Below, one piece after another: positions 36,627 to 45,058 of a stretch of 64,000 nt of DNA. The notes beneath the pieces are model-generated. The model saw only the letters and a list, made by a program, of their open reading frames with translations. It did no database searches and had not been told where the DNA came from. This DNA comes from an uncultured Eubacteriales bacterium (lineage in GTDB: Bacteria; Bacillota; Clostridia; Oscillospirales; Acutalibacteraceae), in NCBI GenBank assembly GCA_964390295.1, contig CAYMHR010000003.1:27514-91513 (forward strand), in the 5' to 3' direction. Each line of letters begins with the position of its first letter. Positions within the stretch are counted from its first letter, which is position 1. A program made the position numbers and the translations under genes.

Positions 36627-37343
36627 TTACTTGCGGCAAAGGTCAACGAAATGCTGGAAGAAGGGCATCATATCCGGCAGGTTGAAATTCTCCTCACCGA
36701 TCATGCGCTCCGGGTGCCATTGCACTGAAGCGATGGGAAGGCTTTCGTGCTCAATCGCCTCGATGAGACCGTCCTCGGTGGTGGCGGCAACGTGCAAGCC
36801 TTCGCCGCAGGTCTTGACAACCTGATGGTGATGAGAGTTGGTATAAAACTCGTTGCCAAATAGTCCCTGAAGCAGGGAGCCGGGCGTGGTACGTACCAAA
36901 TGGCGGTTTTCGCCGCTTTTGTACATAGCTTCGTGTGCGCGCTGGTCGGGACAATCCTCATCGATGTCCTGTACCAACGTGCCGCCCAGAGCCACGTTAA
37001 GAATCTGGTGGCCGCGGCAGATGCCGATAATCGGCTTTTTGCGTGCAACGAAAGCACGCACCAGCGCGATCTCCATTTCATCCATATCAAAGTCGCAGGA
37101 GGCCGCTTTGCGGTTGGCTTCGCCGTAACGGAAGGGATCGACGTCACAGCTACCACCGGGGAGCAACAGTCCGTCTGCCAGCTCGGCGTACTCGTCGATA
37201 TCTCCCAACGCCGTAAGAACAGGCAGAGCGCCGGCACGTACTAAAGCGCGGCAGTAGTTGGAACGAATCGTACATTTTTTCCCGATCCCGAAGTTGGCGC
37301 TGTCAACGTTGTTTTTGTGAGCGATGAGAATAACCGGTTTCAT
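36627..37343 (-). CDS. gamma-glutamyl-GABA hydrolase family class I glutamine amidotransferase (peptidase C26)
   Basis: GICRGHQ nucleophile elbow, HHQ, and the WHPE motif near the C-terminus. Confidence 0.82.
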   Translation of the reverse strand: MKPVILIAHKNNVDSANFGIGKKCTIRSNYCRALVRAGALPVLTALGDIDEYAELADGLLLPGGSCDVDPFRYGEANRKAASCDFDMDEMEIALVRAFVARKKPIIGICRGHQILNVALGGTLVQDIDEDCPDQRAHEAMYKSGENRHLVRTTPGSLLQGLFGNEFYTNSHHHQVVKTCGEGLHVAATTEDGLIEAIEHESLPIASVQWHPERMIGEENFNLPDMMPFFQHFVDLCRK

Positions 37344-37383
37344 GTGTTTTCCTCCTAATTTTGGTTGCCTTTGGGAATATTAT

Positions 37384-37407
37384 ATGACAAATCTTCGGAT
37401 TTGTCAT
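37384..37407. promoter_or_regulatory. perfect 24-bp palindrome upstream of the amidotransferase gene
   Basis: ATGACAAATC-TTCG-GATTTGTCAT, about 40 bp upstream of the start codon at 37343. Confidence 0.45.
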
Positions 37408-37432
37408 TAGAAACGAAAAAATAAGGTTAGAC

Positions 37433-37462
37433 TTGCTATTTGCTGTGGGGGTTTGGTATAAT
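37433..37462 (+). promoter_or_regulatory. promoter at the head of repeat copy 1
   Basis: TTGCTA, 18 nt spacer, TATAAT with TG at -15/-14. Confidence 0.55.
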
Positions 37463-37540
37463 ATACAAAGAAGGCTTTGCTTCGCAAATCCTTGCGCGCT
37501 TCGCGCTTCGGCACTGCGTGCCGCTTTGTTATTGAACCGC
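37455..37540 (+). repeat. copy 1 of the ~86-nt 'TATAAT + triple hairpin' unit
   Basis: GGTATAATATAC, then a 70-nt block folding into hairpins at 37471-37493, 37494-37506 and 37509-37523, then CTTTGTTATTG. Confidence 0.85.
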
Positions 37541-37580
37541 GGCGCGAAAATGCCCTTGCAAGCAAGCATGTTTCGCTTGC

Positions 37581-37668
37581 GGTATAATATACGGCGGAAG
37601 GGCTTTGCTTCGCAAACCCTTGCGCGCTTCGCGCTTCGGCACTGCGTGCCGCTTTGTTATTGAACCGC
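37581..37668 (+). repeat. copy 2 of the same unit, 126 bp downstream
   Basis: Same GGTATAATATAC head. The 71-nt block is identical to copy 1 except for one extra G and one T>C. Confidence 0.85.
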
Positions 37669-37704
37669 CACGGATAGATACAAAATCACAAGGAGGGCAA
37701 TACC

Positions 37705-39708
37705 ATGGCTGTTGTTTCCAACAAGTCGTTGATCGACGTCGATCCGTATTTGGCACCCTTTCAAAAGGACCTTGCCCTGCGGAGCTCTCGGTTCACCGCC
37801 AAACGGCGCGAGCTGGTGGGGGACGATGGTACTTTGTCTGATTTTGCCAACGGACACCATTATTTTGGTATCCACCGTACTGCCGACGGCTGGGTGTATC
37901 GGGAATGGGCTCCGGCGGCGGAGGCTATGTATTTTACCGGTGATTTTAACGACTGGGATACCACGGCTTGCCCCATGACGCGGCTGGAAAACGGCGTATT
38001 TGAGGTCACGCTGTCCGGCAAAAACGCCCTACGACCTGGTCAGAAGATTCAAGCGATTGTGATACACAACGGGCAAATGCTGTGGCGTGTGCCGCTGTAT
38101 GCAACGCGCGTTACCCAAGACCCAAAAACCTATCTGTGGTGTGCCGAGGTGGAAAGCGACGCGGCTTTTCCGTGGACAGATGCCGAATTCGCACCGCCGA
38201 CGGTACCGTTTATCTACGAATGTCACGTCGGCATGGCGCAGGAGGAGGGACGCGTTGGTACTTACGACGAGTTCCGCCGCTTCATTTTGCCGCGCATTAA
38301 AAAGCAGGGGTATAACACCATCCAGATTATGGCGATCATGGAGCATCCGTACTACGGCTCCTTTGGGTATCAGGTTTCGAATTTCTTTGCGCCGTCGTCG
38401 CGCTATGGTGATAGCCGCGCACTGAAAAAGCTCATCAACGCCGCGCATCGTATGGGCTTGGCGGTGCTGTTGGACGTGGTTCACTCTCACGCGGTACGGA
38501 ACACGGGAGACGGTATCAACGAATTCGACGGTACGGTGTACCAGTTTTTCCACGAGGGCGCGCGCGGCGAGCACAGCGCCTGGGGCACCAAACTGTTTAA
38601 CTATGGTAAAAACGAGGTTCTTCACTTTCTACTGTCCGATTTGAAATACTGGATGGAAGAATTTCACTTCGACGGGTTCCGCTTCGACGGCGTAACGTCG
38701 ATGATCTATCACGACCACGGACTGGGCAGTGCCTTTACCGATTATCACTGCTATTTTTCGCTGAACACCGATACCGAGGCCATTACGTATTTACAGCTTG
38801 CCAACGAGCTGATTCACAGCTTGAATCCGCACGCCGTAACGGTGGCGGAGGATATGTCGGGAATGCCGGGGATGTGCCGCCCCATTGACGAAGGCGGGAT
38901 CGGCTTTGACTATCGGTTGTCGATGGGGGTGCCCGATCTGTGGATCAAGCTGTTGAAGGAATATGCCGACGACGATTGGGATATGGGTAAGCTCTGGTAC
39001 GAGCTGACCACGCGTCGCCCCGGTGAAAAGAATATCGGGTATTGCGAGTCGCACGATCAGGCGTTGGTAGGGGACAAAACCATCATGTTCCGGCTGTGCG
39101 ACGCAGAAATGTACACGCACATGAGCAAGCAGACACCCAGTCTGGTGATCGATCGGGGCATGGCACTTCACAAAATGATTCGTCTGGTGACGGCATCGCT
39201 GGCCGGAGACGGGTATTTGAATTTTATGGGCAATGAATTCGGCCATCCCGAATGGATCGATTTTCCCCGTGAGGGCAATGGCTGGAGCTATCATTATTGT
39301 CGCCGCCAGTGGAGTCTGGCAGATAACGAGGCCCTTCGTTACGGCGAGCTGAACGAATTCGATCGGGCGATGATCGCTCTGCTGAAAAGCGAGGCGGTAT
39401 TGTCAGATGCGGCAGTCAACCGCTGGATGCATCAGGAAGATAAAGTGCTGATCTATACCAAGGGGAACTTAACGTTCTTGTTTAATTTCCACCCTTCAAA
39501 ATCGTTTGACGGGTATTTTGTGCCGGTAGGGAAAGCGGGAAAGTATCGGGTGGTGCTGTCTACCGATGAAGAACGCTTCGGCGGCTTCGGTCGTGTGGAT
39601 ATGAAATACCGCTATCAGGCCAAATCGACGGTCGATGGCCGGATCGGCTTCCCGTGCTATTTACCCTGCCGCACCGCGACGGTGCTGAAGCGGGTGAAGG
39701 GGCGATAA
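37705..39708 (+). CDS. glgB: 1,4-alpha-glucan branching enzyme (GH13)
   Basis: The GH13 catalytic regions (YECHVGM, GFRFDGVTSM, NFMGNEFGHPEW) and N-terminal CBM48-like part resemble the eukaryote-like branching enzyme type. Confidence 0.92.
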   Translation: MAVVSNKSLIDVDPYLAPFQKDLALRSSRFTAKRRELVGDDGTLSDFANGHHYFGIHRTADGWVYREWAPAAEAMYFTGDFNDWDTTACPMTRLENGVFEVTLSGKNALRPGQKIQAIVIHNGQMLWRVPLYATRVTQDPKTYLWCAEVESDAAFPWTDAEFAPPTVPFIYECHVGMAQEEGRVGTYDEFRRFILPRIKKQGYNTIQIMAIMEHPYYGSFGYQVSNFFAPSSRYGDSRALKKLINAAHRMGLAVLLDVVHSHAVRNTGDGINEFDGTVYQFFHEGARGEHSAWGTKLFNYGKNEVLHFLLSDLKYWMEEFHFDGFRFDGVTSMIYHDHGLGSAFTDYHCYFSLNTDTEAITYLQLANELIHSLNPHAVTVAEDMSGMPGMCRPIDEGGIGFDYRLSMGVPDLWIKLLKEYADDDWDMGKLWYELTTRRPGEKNIGYCESHDQALVGDKTIMFRLCDAEMYTHMSKQTPSLVIDRGMALHKMIRLVTASLAGDGYLNFMGNEFGHPEWIDFPREGNGWSYHYCRRQWSLADNEALRYGELNEFDRAMIALLKSEAVLSDAAVNRWMHQEDKVLIYTKGNLTFLFNFHPSKSFDGYFVPVGKAGKYRVVLSTDEERFGGFGRVDMKYRYQAKSTVDGRIGFPCYLPCRTATVLKRVKGR

Positions 39709-39748
39709 CTGCCAATGCTATACCGACGACGATCCGGCAGTGCGCGCC

Positions 39749-40630
39749 TTATCGTGTAATGCGGCGGAAGTTGCCGTAGGTTTCGTTGACCGATTCGTGG
39801 AAGGAAAACGTATCCGGATAGCTTTCGATGATCTTTTTGAAATCCACCAGCTGATGACGGTTGACCACGCACAGCAATACGGTTTTGTCCTTGCCGGTGT
39901 AGGCTCCCTGTGCCGCCAGCCGCGTGACGCCGTGATGCAAAAAGCGAGTGACGTCGTTGGCGATTTCGTCGGGGTGCTCGGTAATAACCGTGAATTTGTA
40001 GGCGGTTTTGGTGCCCTTCATCCAGTAGTTGCCGAAGGTGTAGCACACGAAGCAATAGGTGATGCACAGCACGACCGGCTTGTAATTCAGCGAGGTGCCG
40101 TCGGAATAGACAAACAGAGAGGCAAACGCCACGATCGCATTTATTGCGAAGGAAACGACGAAGAAATTAAAATCGGGATGCTTTTTGTGAATACAGAAGG
40201 AAATGATCTCAGTTCCGCCTGACGCCGAGTTGTTTTGCAGGCAAACACCGGCGGACAGACCACTAATCAGACCACTGATGATGACGGGAAATACGGTATC
40301 GTGTCCGTTGGCGTTGTATACCCATGCCGACAGATCGAGACTTTGCAGGAACAGATAGAAAAATGAATAGACCACGGTAAACAGAAACGATTTAACGGCA
40401 TACTGCTTATCGGCGAAGAAATAGGCGAAAAGGCACAACGGTATGTTGACAATCAGCGATACATAGCTGATGCTGAAGCCGGTTTTGTACTGGATCATGG
40501 TGGCGATGCCGTTAATTCCTGCCGGCGCAAAGGCGTTATCGACAATAAAAAAGCGGTAATTTACCGCCAGCATCAACGCCATCAATATCACAATGGCATA
40601 CGATCCGATTTGTTTTTTACACTGCTTCAT
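39749..40630 (-). CDS. YitT family membrane protein (DUF2179 C-terminal domain)
   Basis: 5-TM N-terminal region plus the C-terminal pattern GVTRLAAQGAYTGKDKTVLLCVV. Confidence 0.85.
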   Translation of the reverse strand: MKQCKKQIGSYAIVILMALMLAVNYRFFIVDNAFAPAGINGIATMIQYKTGFSISYVSLIVNIPLCLFAYFFADKQYAVKSFLFTVVYSFFYLFLQSLDLSAWVYNANGHDTVFPVIISGLISGLSAGVCLQNNSASGGTEIISFCIHKKHPDFNFFVVSFAINAIVAFASLFVYSDGTSLNYKPVVLCITYCFVCYTFGNYWMKGTKTAYKFTVITEHPDEIANDVTRFLHHGVTRLAAQGAYTGKDKTVLLCVVNRHQLVDFKKIIESYPDTFSFHESVNETYGNFRRITR

Positions 40631-40744
40631 GTTTGCATCTCCCACAAAGTTTTTGTTTACAAGGGACAGTATACTATGCTATAATGCATTTGTAAAACAA
40701 ATGTTTTGCATAATATTCATCAATATTTTTGATAGGAAATGGCT

Positions 40745-41637
40745 ATGGATATTCGTAACGTAAAACCTTTGTCCGTGTTGCCGAGCTGAAAAATTTTACC
40801 AAAGCCGCCAACGAGCTTGGTTACGTGCAATCTACGGTGACGATGCAAGTACAGCAGTTGGAAAAGAAACTGGGCTATCCGCTGTTTGACCGGATCGGAA
40901 AGACGGTATCGCTGACGGCCTTGGGGGAGGAGTTCCTCCGTCATGCCTACGAGGTGCTTCACACCGTGGAGCAGGCGGAGCAGTTGGGAAACAAAGCCGC
41001 CGAGGTGCACGGTACGTTGCGTGTCGGCGTATCGGAATCGTTGATGTTCGGCGTGCTGATGTATTTGCTTCCCCAATTTCGGGCGGATCATCCGACGGTG
41101 GATATTAGCCTGAAGATTGGGCACTCGGTGGAGCTGATTGAACAGCTCAAGCACAATCAACTGGATATGCTGTACGTATCGGCGGAAAAGAATACCGACC
41201 CCGCCATACACAGCTATTATACCTGCCGCAATCGGGTGCTGTTTTTGTGCAGTCCGGAGCATCCGCTGGCAAAGCGGCACCGGATTCCGGTGCGCGAGCT
41301 GATGACGTACGACTTTTTGGTGACGGAGCACGAAGGAAGCTGTTCCGGCCGTTTGTACGCTCTGGCGGCACAGTACGGAACTACGGTCAAGGCGATCGTG
41401 GAAATGGACAGCGTGTACGTGATTACCGAGTTGGTAAAGAAAAACATGGGACTAGCCTTTTTGCCGGAATATGCCGTGTTAAAGCCACTGAAGGAGGGCA
41501 CCTTGCTGGGACTGGACGTGGACGTTCCGCCACAGCCCTGTTTCGGACAGGTGCTTTGCCACAAGGGGCGCTGGGTGCCGCCGTTTATGTCCGACTTGAT
41601 CGAGTTGATTCGTACAGCCCAGCCGGAGGTGCCGTAA
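40745..41637 (+). pseudogene. LysR family transcriptional regulator with a -1 frameshift in the HTH region
   Basis: The ATG at 40745 gives MDIRNVK and then a stop at 40787. The LysR frame (TFVRVAELKNFTKAANELGYVQSTVTMQVQQLEKKLG...) resumes at 40765. The shift lies at an A4 run (40762-40765). Confidence 0.75.
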
Positions 41638-41669
41638 GCCGGCGATTGAGTACGCGGTTTGTAAAAATG

Positions 41670-41702
41670 CAAAGCGGAAGCACAAATTGTGCTTCCGCTT
41701 TG
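41670..41702 (-). terminator. intrinsic terminator (U-tract on the minus strand)
   Basis: CAAAGCGGAAGCAC-AAATT-GTGCTTCCGCTTTG. The minus-strand RNA continues with CAUUUUUAC. Confidence 0.75.
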
Positions 41703-41704
41703 AG

Positions 41705-42526
41705 CTATGCCGAGGGGAATCGGCATAGTGAAAGGGGGCAGGGGCAGTCACCGGCGATGATGCTGTCTTGAATGGCGTTCCACGCACTGACAAGTAACGC
41801 GAAAAATGCCACGGTAACGACACAGATGCCGGAAACGATGGCGGCACGACGAAGGCGACGGCGGCGCGCTTGTTTTTTCAGTGGCGCACGAAAAGCGCGG
41901 ATGCCCTCCAGCACAGCGTCGTCAACGTCGGCAGGCGCCGTGACTTCCTGTTGCCGTTTTTCAAAATAGGCGATCACGTCTTCCCACGACAGCTTGCCGT
42001 CCGGATCATTCGCGCGGATGAGACGCTCGGCGTTATCACGCTCAGCCTCCAGCGTACGCAACAGGGTTTTTGTATCCATTTTTAAGATCAACGCCGCATC
42101 TTCGTCGCTGTACTGTACCAAATGATGCAATACAAACAGCAACCGCTGCACGTCGTTGAAGCGGGACAGCACAAACTCCTCGGTGGGCACGTCGCTGTCC
42201 GAAGCAAGCAGATCGGTACGGATGAAAAAATCACGGTTGGGAGGGAGTCGGTATGCCCGTGGGTCACGGCACGTGATGAGCCGGTGACATTCTCCGATTA
42301 CCAGGCTGACGGCGAGTGCGTGGAACTCTTCGTCGGTGTCCGCCTGCGCATCTTGCACACCGTCCCAAATTTCGCAAAATACGGTGACGGTTACACGGGT
42401 GGCCAACTCCTTTTCACTCAACAACAGCATAGCGAGAAAGAATATTTCGTCCTTGTGCTGTCGATACAGCGTGATCATGGCACGCCGTTTGCCATGACGT
42501 GTCTGCTTTACTAAAGAACGGGACAT
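41705..42526 (-). CDS. sigma-70 region-4-like protein with a C-terminal TM anchor (sigma/anti-sigma-like fusion, putative)
   Basis: FNDVQRLLFVLHHLVQYSDEDAALILKMDTKTLLRTLEAER resembles ECF sigma region 4. RRRRLRRAAIVSGICVVTVAFFALLVSAW looks like a TM helix. Confidence 0.45.
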   Translation of the reverse strand: MSRSLVKQTRHGKRRAMITLYRQHKDEIFFLAMLLLSEKELATRVTVTVFCEIWDGVQDAQADTDEEFHALAVSLVIGECHRLITCRDPRAYRLPPNRDFFIRTDLLASDSDVPTEEFVLSRFNDVQRLLFVLHHLVQYSDEDAALILKMDTKTLLRTLEAERDNAERLIRANDPDGKLSWEDVIAYFEKRQQEVTAPADVDDAVLEGIRAFRAPLKKQARRRRLRRAAIVSGICVVTVAFFALLVSAWNAIQDSIIAGDCPCPLSLCRFPSA

Positions 42527-42666
42527 GGGGATTCCTGCCTTTCGTTGTCGTATTATCTGTAGTATACGGCGCGAAGTTTAATTGTACTGAAAAATTTTCT
42601 TTTTGCGGGCGTAAACTTGCTTTTGCGACTTCGTCGTGATACAATGATGATGGGAGTGACGTAACC

Positions 42667-43743
42667 ATGAAAACAGCCTTGAAGATGCTGATATTTGCGG
42701 ACTTTCACTATAAAAAAGGCGTATATCCGATGACGTGCGACCATTTGGATGCCATTTTGAAAAAGGCACACGAGCACCGGGTAGATTACGTGATTCATGC
42801 CGGCGATTTTTGCAACGACTACGTCGGCTCACCGGAAATTGTCAACGCCTATTTGAATAACGTCTACGGTCTGCCCGTTTACGGTGTTTTGGGTAATCAC
42901 GAGCTGGAGTATTTTGTGGGAGAGCGGTTTACGCCGCAGTACGCCGACAATCCGATGGCATTTGTCACGGCACGTCTGTGTAACCGACCAGACGAGGTGA
43001 TTTGGGGCACGCCGAGCGGTCGCTTAGAGGATGGACGCATTGGGTACTATTATTTTGACCGAAACGGGATTCGCACAATCTGTACCGACACGAATTTTTC
43101 CTACAGTCGCGAGCGCGAAGCGTGGGAACATAATCTGACGTATCACGCGCCGTTGGACAACGTACACGGCGATGCGCTCGGTCCCGATCAGTTGCGCTGG
43201 TTGGAGGCGGTGTTGTTGGATGCCGCACGGCACGATATTCCGTGCATGGTGATCGGTCACGCCGGGTTGTCCGATTTGTGGTATCGCAGTGCCGATTGGG
43301 AAGCGGTGCAGGCGATCTATGCACGCGCCAATGCGATACGGCGCGGCACGGTGCTGTTTTCCGTAAATGGGCATTACCACACCGATCATTTACAGCTCCA
43401 GGATAACGTGTTGTATATGGACGTCAACACGGTGTTGAACGGATGGTGGGTCAACAGCTATGAGCCACATTATACGGATGGACAGTGGTTTGCCTTTACC
43501 GAGTACGATACAGACGGAAGGGCAGTAGACTGTTATCGCAAAAACTACCGTGATTTGTCGATGGGCGATCAAACGTGGTTTTTTCAGGCTCCGCTTTCCT
43601 GCATCGTGACGATAACGTCGTCGGGGCTGATTACCGTGGAGGGGATGGAGACCGGTTGGGCCTACGACGTGATTCCCACTACCGACGGGCGCACCGGCGT
43701 CATGCCGGGCATTTCCTCCGGCACGTTTCAAATTGAGCGATAA
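42667..43743 (+). CDS. metallophosphoesterase family protein (paralogue 1)
   Basis: Motifs FADFHY, GDFCND, GNHE, GH and GHYH. Confidence 0.75.
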   Translation: MKTALKMLIFADFHYKKGVYPMTCDHLDAILKKAHEHRVDYVIHAGDFCNDYVGSPEIVNAYLNNVYGLPVYGVLGNHELEYFVGERFTPQYADNPMAFVTARLCNRPDEVIWGTPSGRLEDGRIGYYYFDRNGIRTICTDTNFSYSREREAWEHNLTYHAPLDNVHGDALGPDQLRWLEAVLLDAARHDIPCMVIGHAGLSDLWYRSADWEAVQAIYARANAIRRGTVLFSVNGHYHTDHLQLQDNVLYMDVNTVLNGWWVNSYEPHYTDGQWFAFTEYDTDGRAVDCYRKNYRDLSMGDQTWFFQAPLSCIVTITSSGLITVEGMETGWAYDVIPTTDGRTGVMPGISSGTFQIER

Positions 43744-43759
43744 CGCGCAGAATTGGCGG

Positions 43760-43788
43760 TTGACATTCTGCCGAAGTCGTGGTATAGT
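43760..43788 (+). promoter_or_regulatory. sigma-A promoter between the two metallophosphoesterase genes
   Basis: TTGACA, 17 nt spacer, TATAGT with TGG extended -10. Confidence 0.7.
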
Positions 43789-43795
43789 ATCTTTA

Positions 43796-43844
43796 GTGCT
43801 GAGGAGACAAGCTGTGCAACGCTGTTTTCTCAGCACGTTGTTTT
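43796..43844 (+). promoter_or_regulatory. 5'-terminal stem-loop with U-tract in the leader of paralogue 2
   Basis: GTGCTGAGGA / TTCTCAGCAC (10 bp, one G-U pair) followed by GTTGTTTT. It ends 15 nt before the ATG. Confidence 0.45.
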
Positions 43845-43859
43845 ACAGGAGGTAGCGAT

Positions 43860-44954
43860 ATGAGTAAGCAGTCTGTAAGGTTTTGCGTTTTTGCTGACTT
43901 CCATTATTTCCGGCCGGCCTATCCGGTGACGCAGGCACATTTAGATGCCATTCTGCGTCGTGCGGCGGAGGCAAAGGTGGATTTTGTGGTTCAGCTCGGT
44001 GATTTTTGTAACGATTTTATCGCCGCTCCGGAAATCACGCGCTACTATACCGAAAACCCCTACGGCTTGCCGGCCTACGGCGTTTACGGTGGACACGATC
44101 TGGAGTACGTAGAGTTCAGCGGTAAGAATCTAAGCCGTGATAATACGATGGCGCGCGTTACACCGTATTTGAATAATTGCGAAGTCGTGTGGGGTACGGC
44201 GGACGGCACGATCGGAGACGGACGCGTCGGCTACTACTATTTCGATCAAGGTGGCTTTCGCTTTATCGCAGTGGATTCGCAATACTCGCTGAATCCGAAT
44301 ACGGGGAATTGGGAAAAGAACGTTACTTATCATGCACCCTCCGGCAATCAGCGCTCCGACCGGTTGGGCGCGACACAGCTTCGGTGGCTGGAAAACGTGC
44401 TGACCGATGCCGCGCACTGCGGATTGCCCTGTGTGATTTTCGGACATTCCCCGGCATGGCACGGCTACGGTTTAGGGGAAGAACCGGAGGTGGCGGCGCT
44501 GTTTGAGCGCGTCAATGCTGTTCGCAAAGGAACGGTGATGCTGAACCTGACGGGTCATTTGCACACCAACCGTCCGATGATTCTGCGTGACAACGTGCTG
44601 TACATGGACGTGAATGCGGCGATCAATGCGTTTTGGATGGGTTCCAAGGCAAAGCCGCACTACGGGCCGGAGCACGTCTTTGAATACGTTGATTATGACA
44701 CCGACGGTCAACCGATCGGTACGTATCAGCGCCCGTATATCGATTTGTGGCAGGGGCAAAACACGTGGTTTGTCAAGGAGCCGTTGAGCGCGATTGTGAC
44801 GGTGGATACCGATGGCCGCGTGACGGTGGACGGTTGCGAAACCGATTGGGTATACGGCATTGCACCGGAAAAGCCGGAGGATCGATTCTTTGCCGGTGAG
44901 TTTGCTTTTGCTGCACCGCGAATTACTTCGGGAGAGTATCGGATTGAGCGATAA
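43860..44954 (+). CDS. metallophosphoesterase family protein (paralogue 2, GNHE changed to GGHD)
   Basis: Colinear with paralogue 1: FADFHY, GDFCND, GGHDLE, GH and GHLH. Confidence 0.72.
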   Translation: MSKQSVRFCVFADFHYFRPAYPVTQAHLDAILRRAAEAKVDFVVQLGDFCNDFIAAPEITRYYTENPYGLPAYGVYGGHDLEYVEFSGKNLSRDNTMARVTPYLNNCEVVWGTADGTIGDGRVGYYYFDQGGFRFIAVDSQYSLNPNTGNWEKNVTYHAPSGNQRSDRLGATQLRWLENVLTDAAHCGLPCVIFGHSPAWHGYGLGEEPEVAALFERVNAVRKGTVMLNLTGHLHTNRPMILRDNVLYMDVNAAINAFWMGSKAKPHYGPEHVFEYVDYDTDGQPIGTYQRPYIDLWQGQNTWFVKEPLSAIVTVDTDGRVTVDGCETDWVYGIAPEKPEDRFFAGEFAFAAPRITSGEYRIER

Positions 44955-45058
44955 GCGCTACCAGTGCAATTTTTGTATAAAAGCAACGCTGATTTTTTCA
45001 ATCGGTGTTGCTTTTTGCATAGGAATTGTGGTACAATGACAAAAGGGGAGGGAGTACG

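Noticed and set aside
37605-37841. 78-aa ORF running through repeat copy 2 into glgB.
   Set aside because: It has no SD, overlaps the glgB start in another frame, and its sequence is derived from the GC-rich hairpin repeat.
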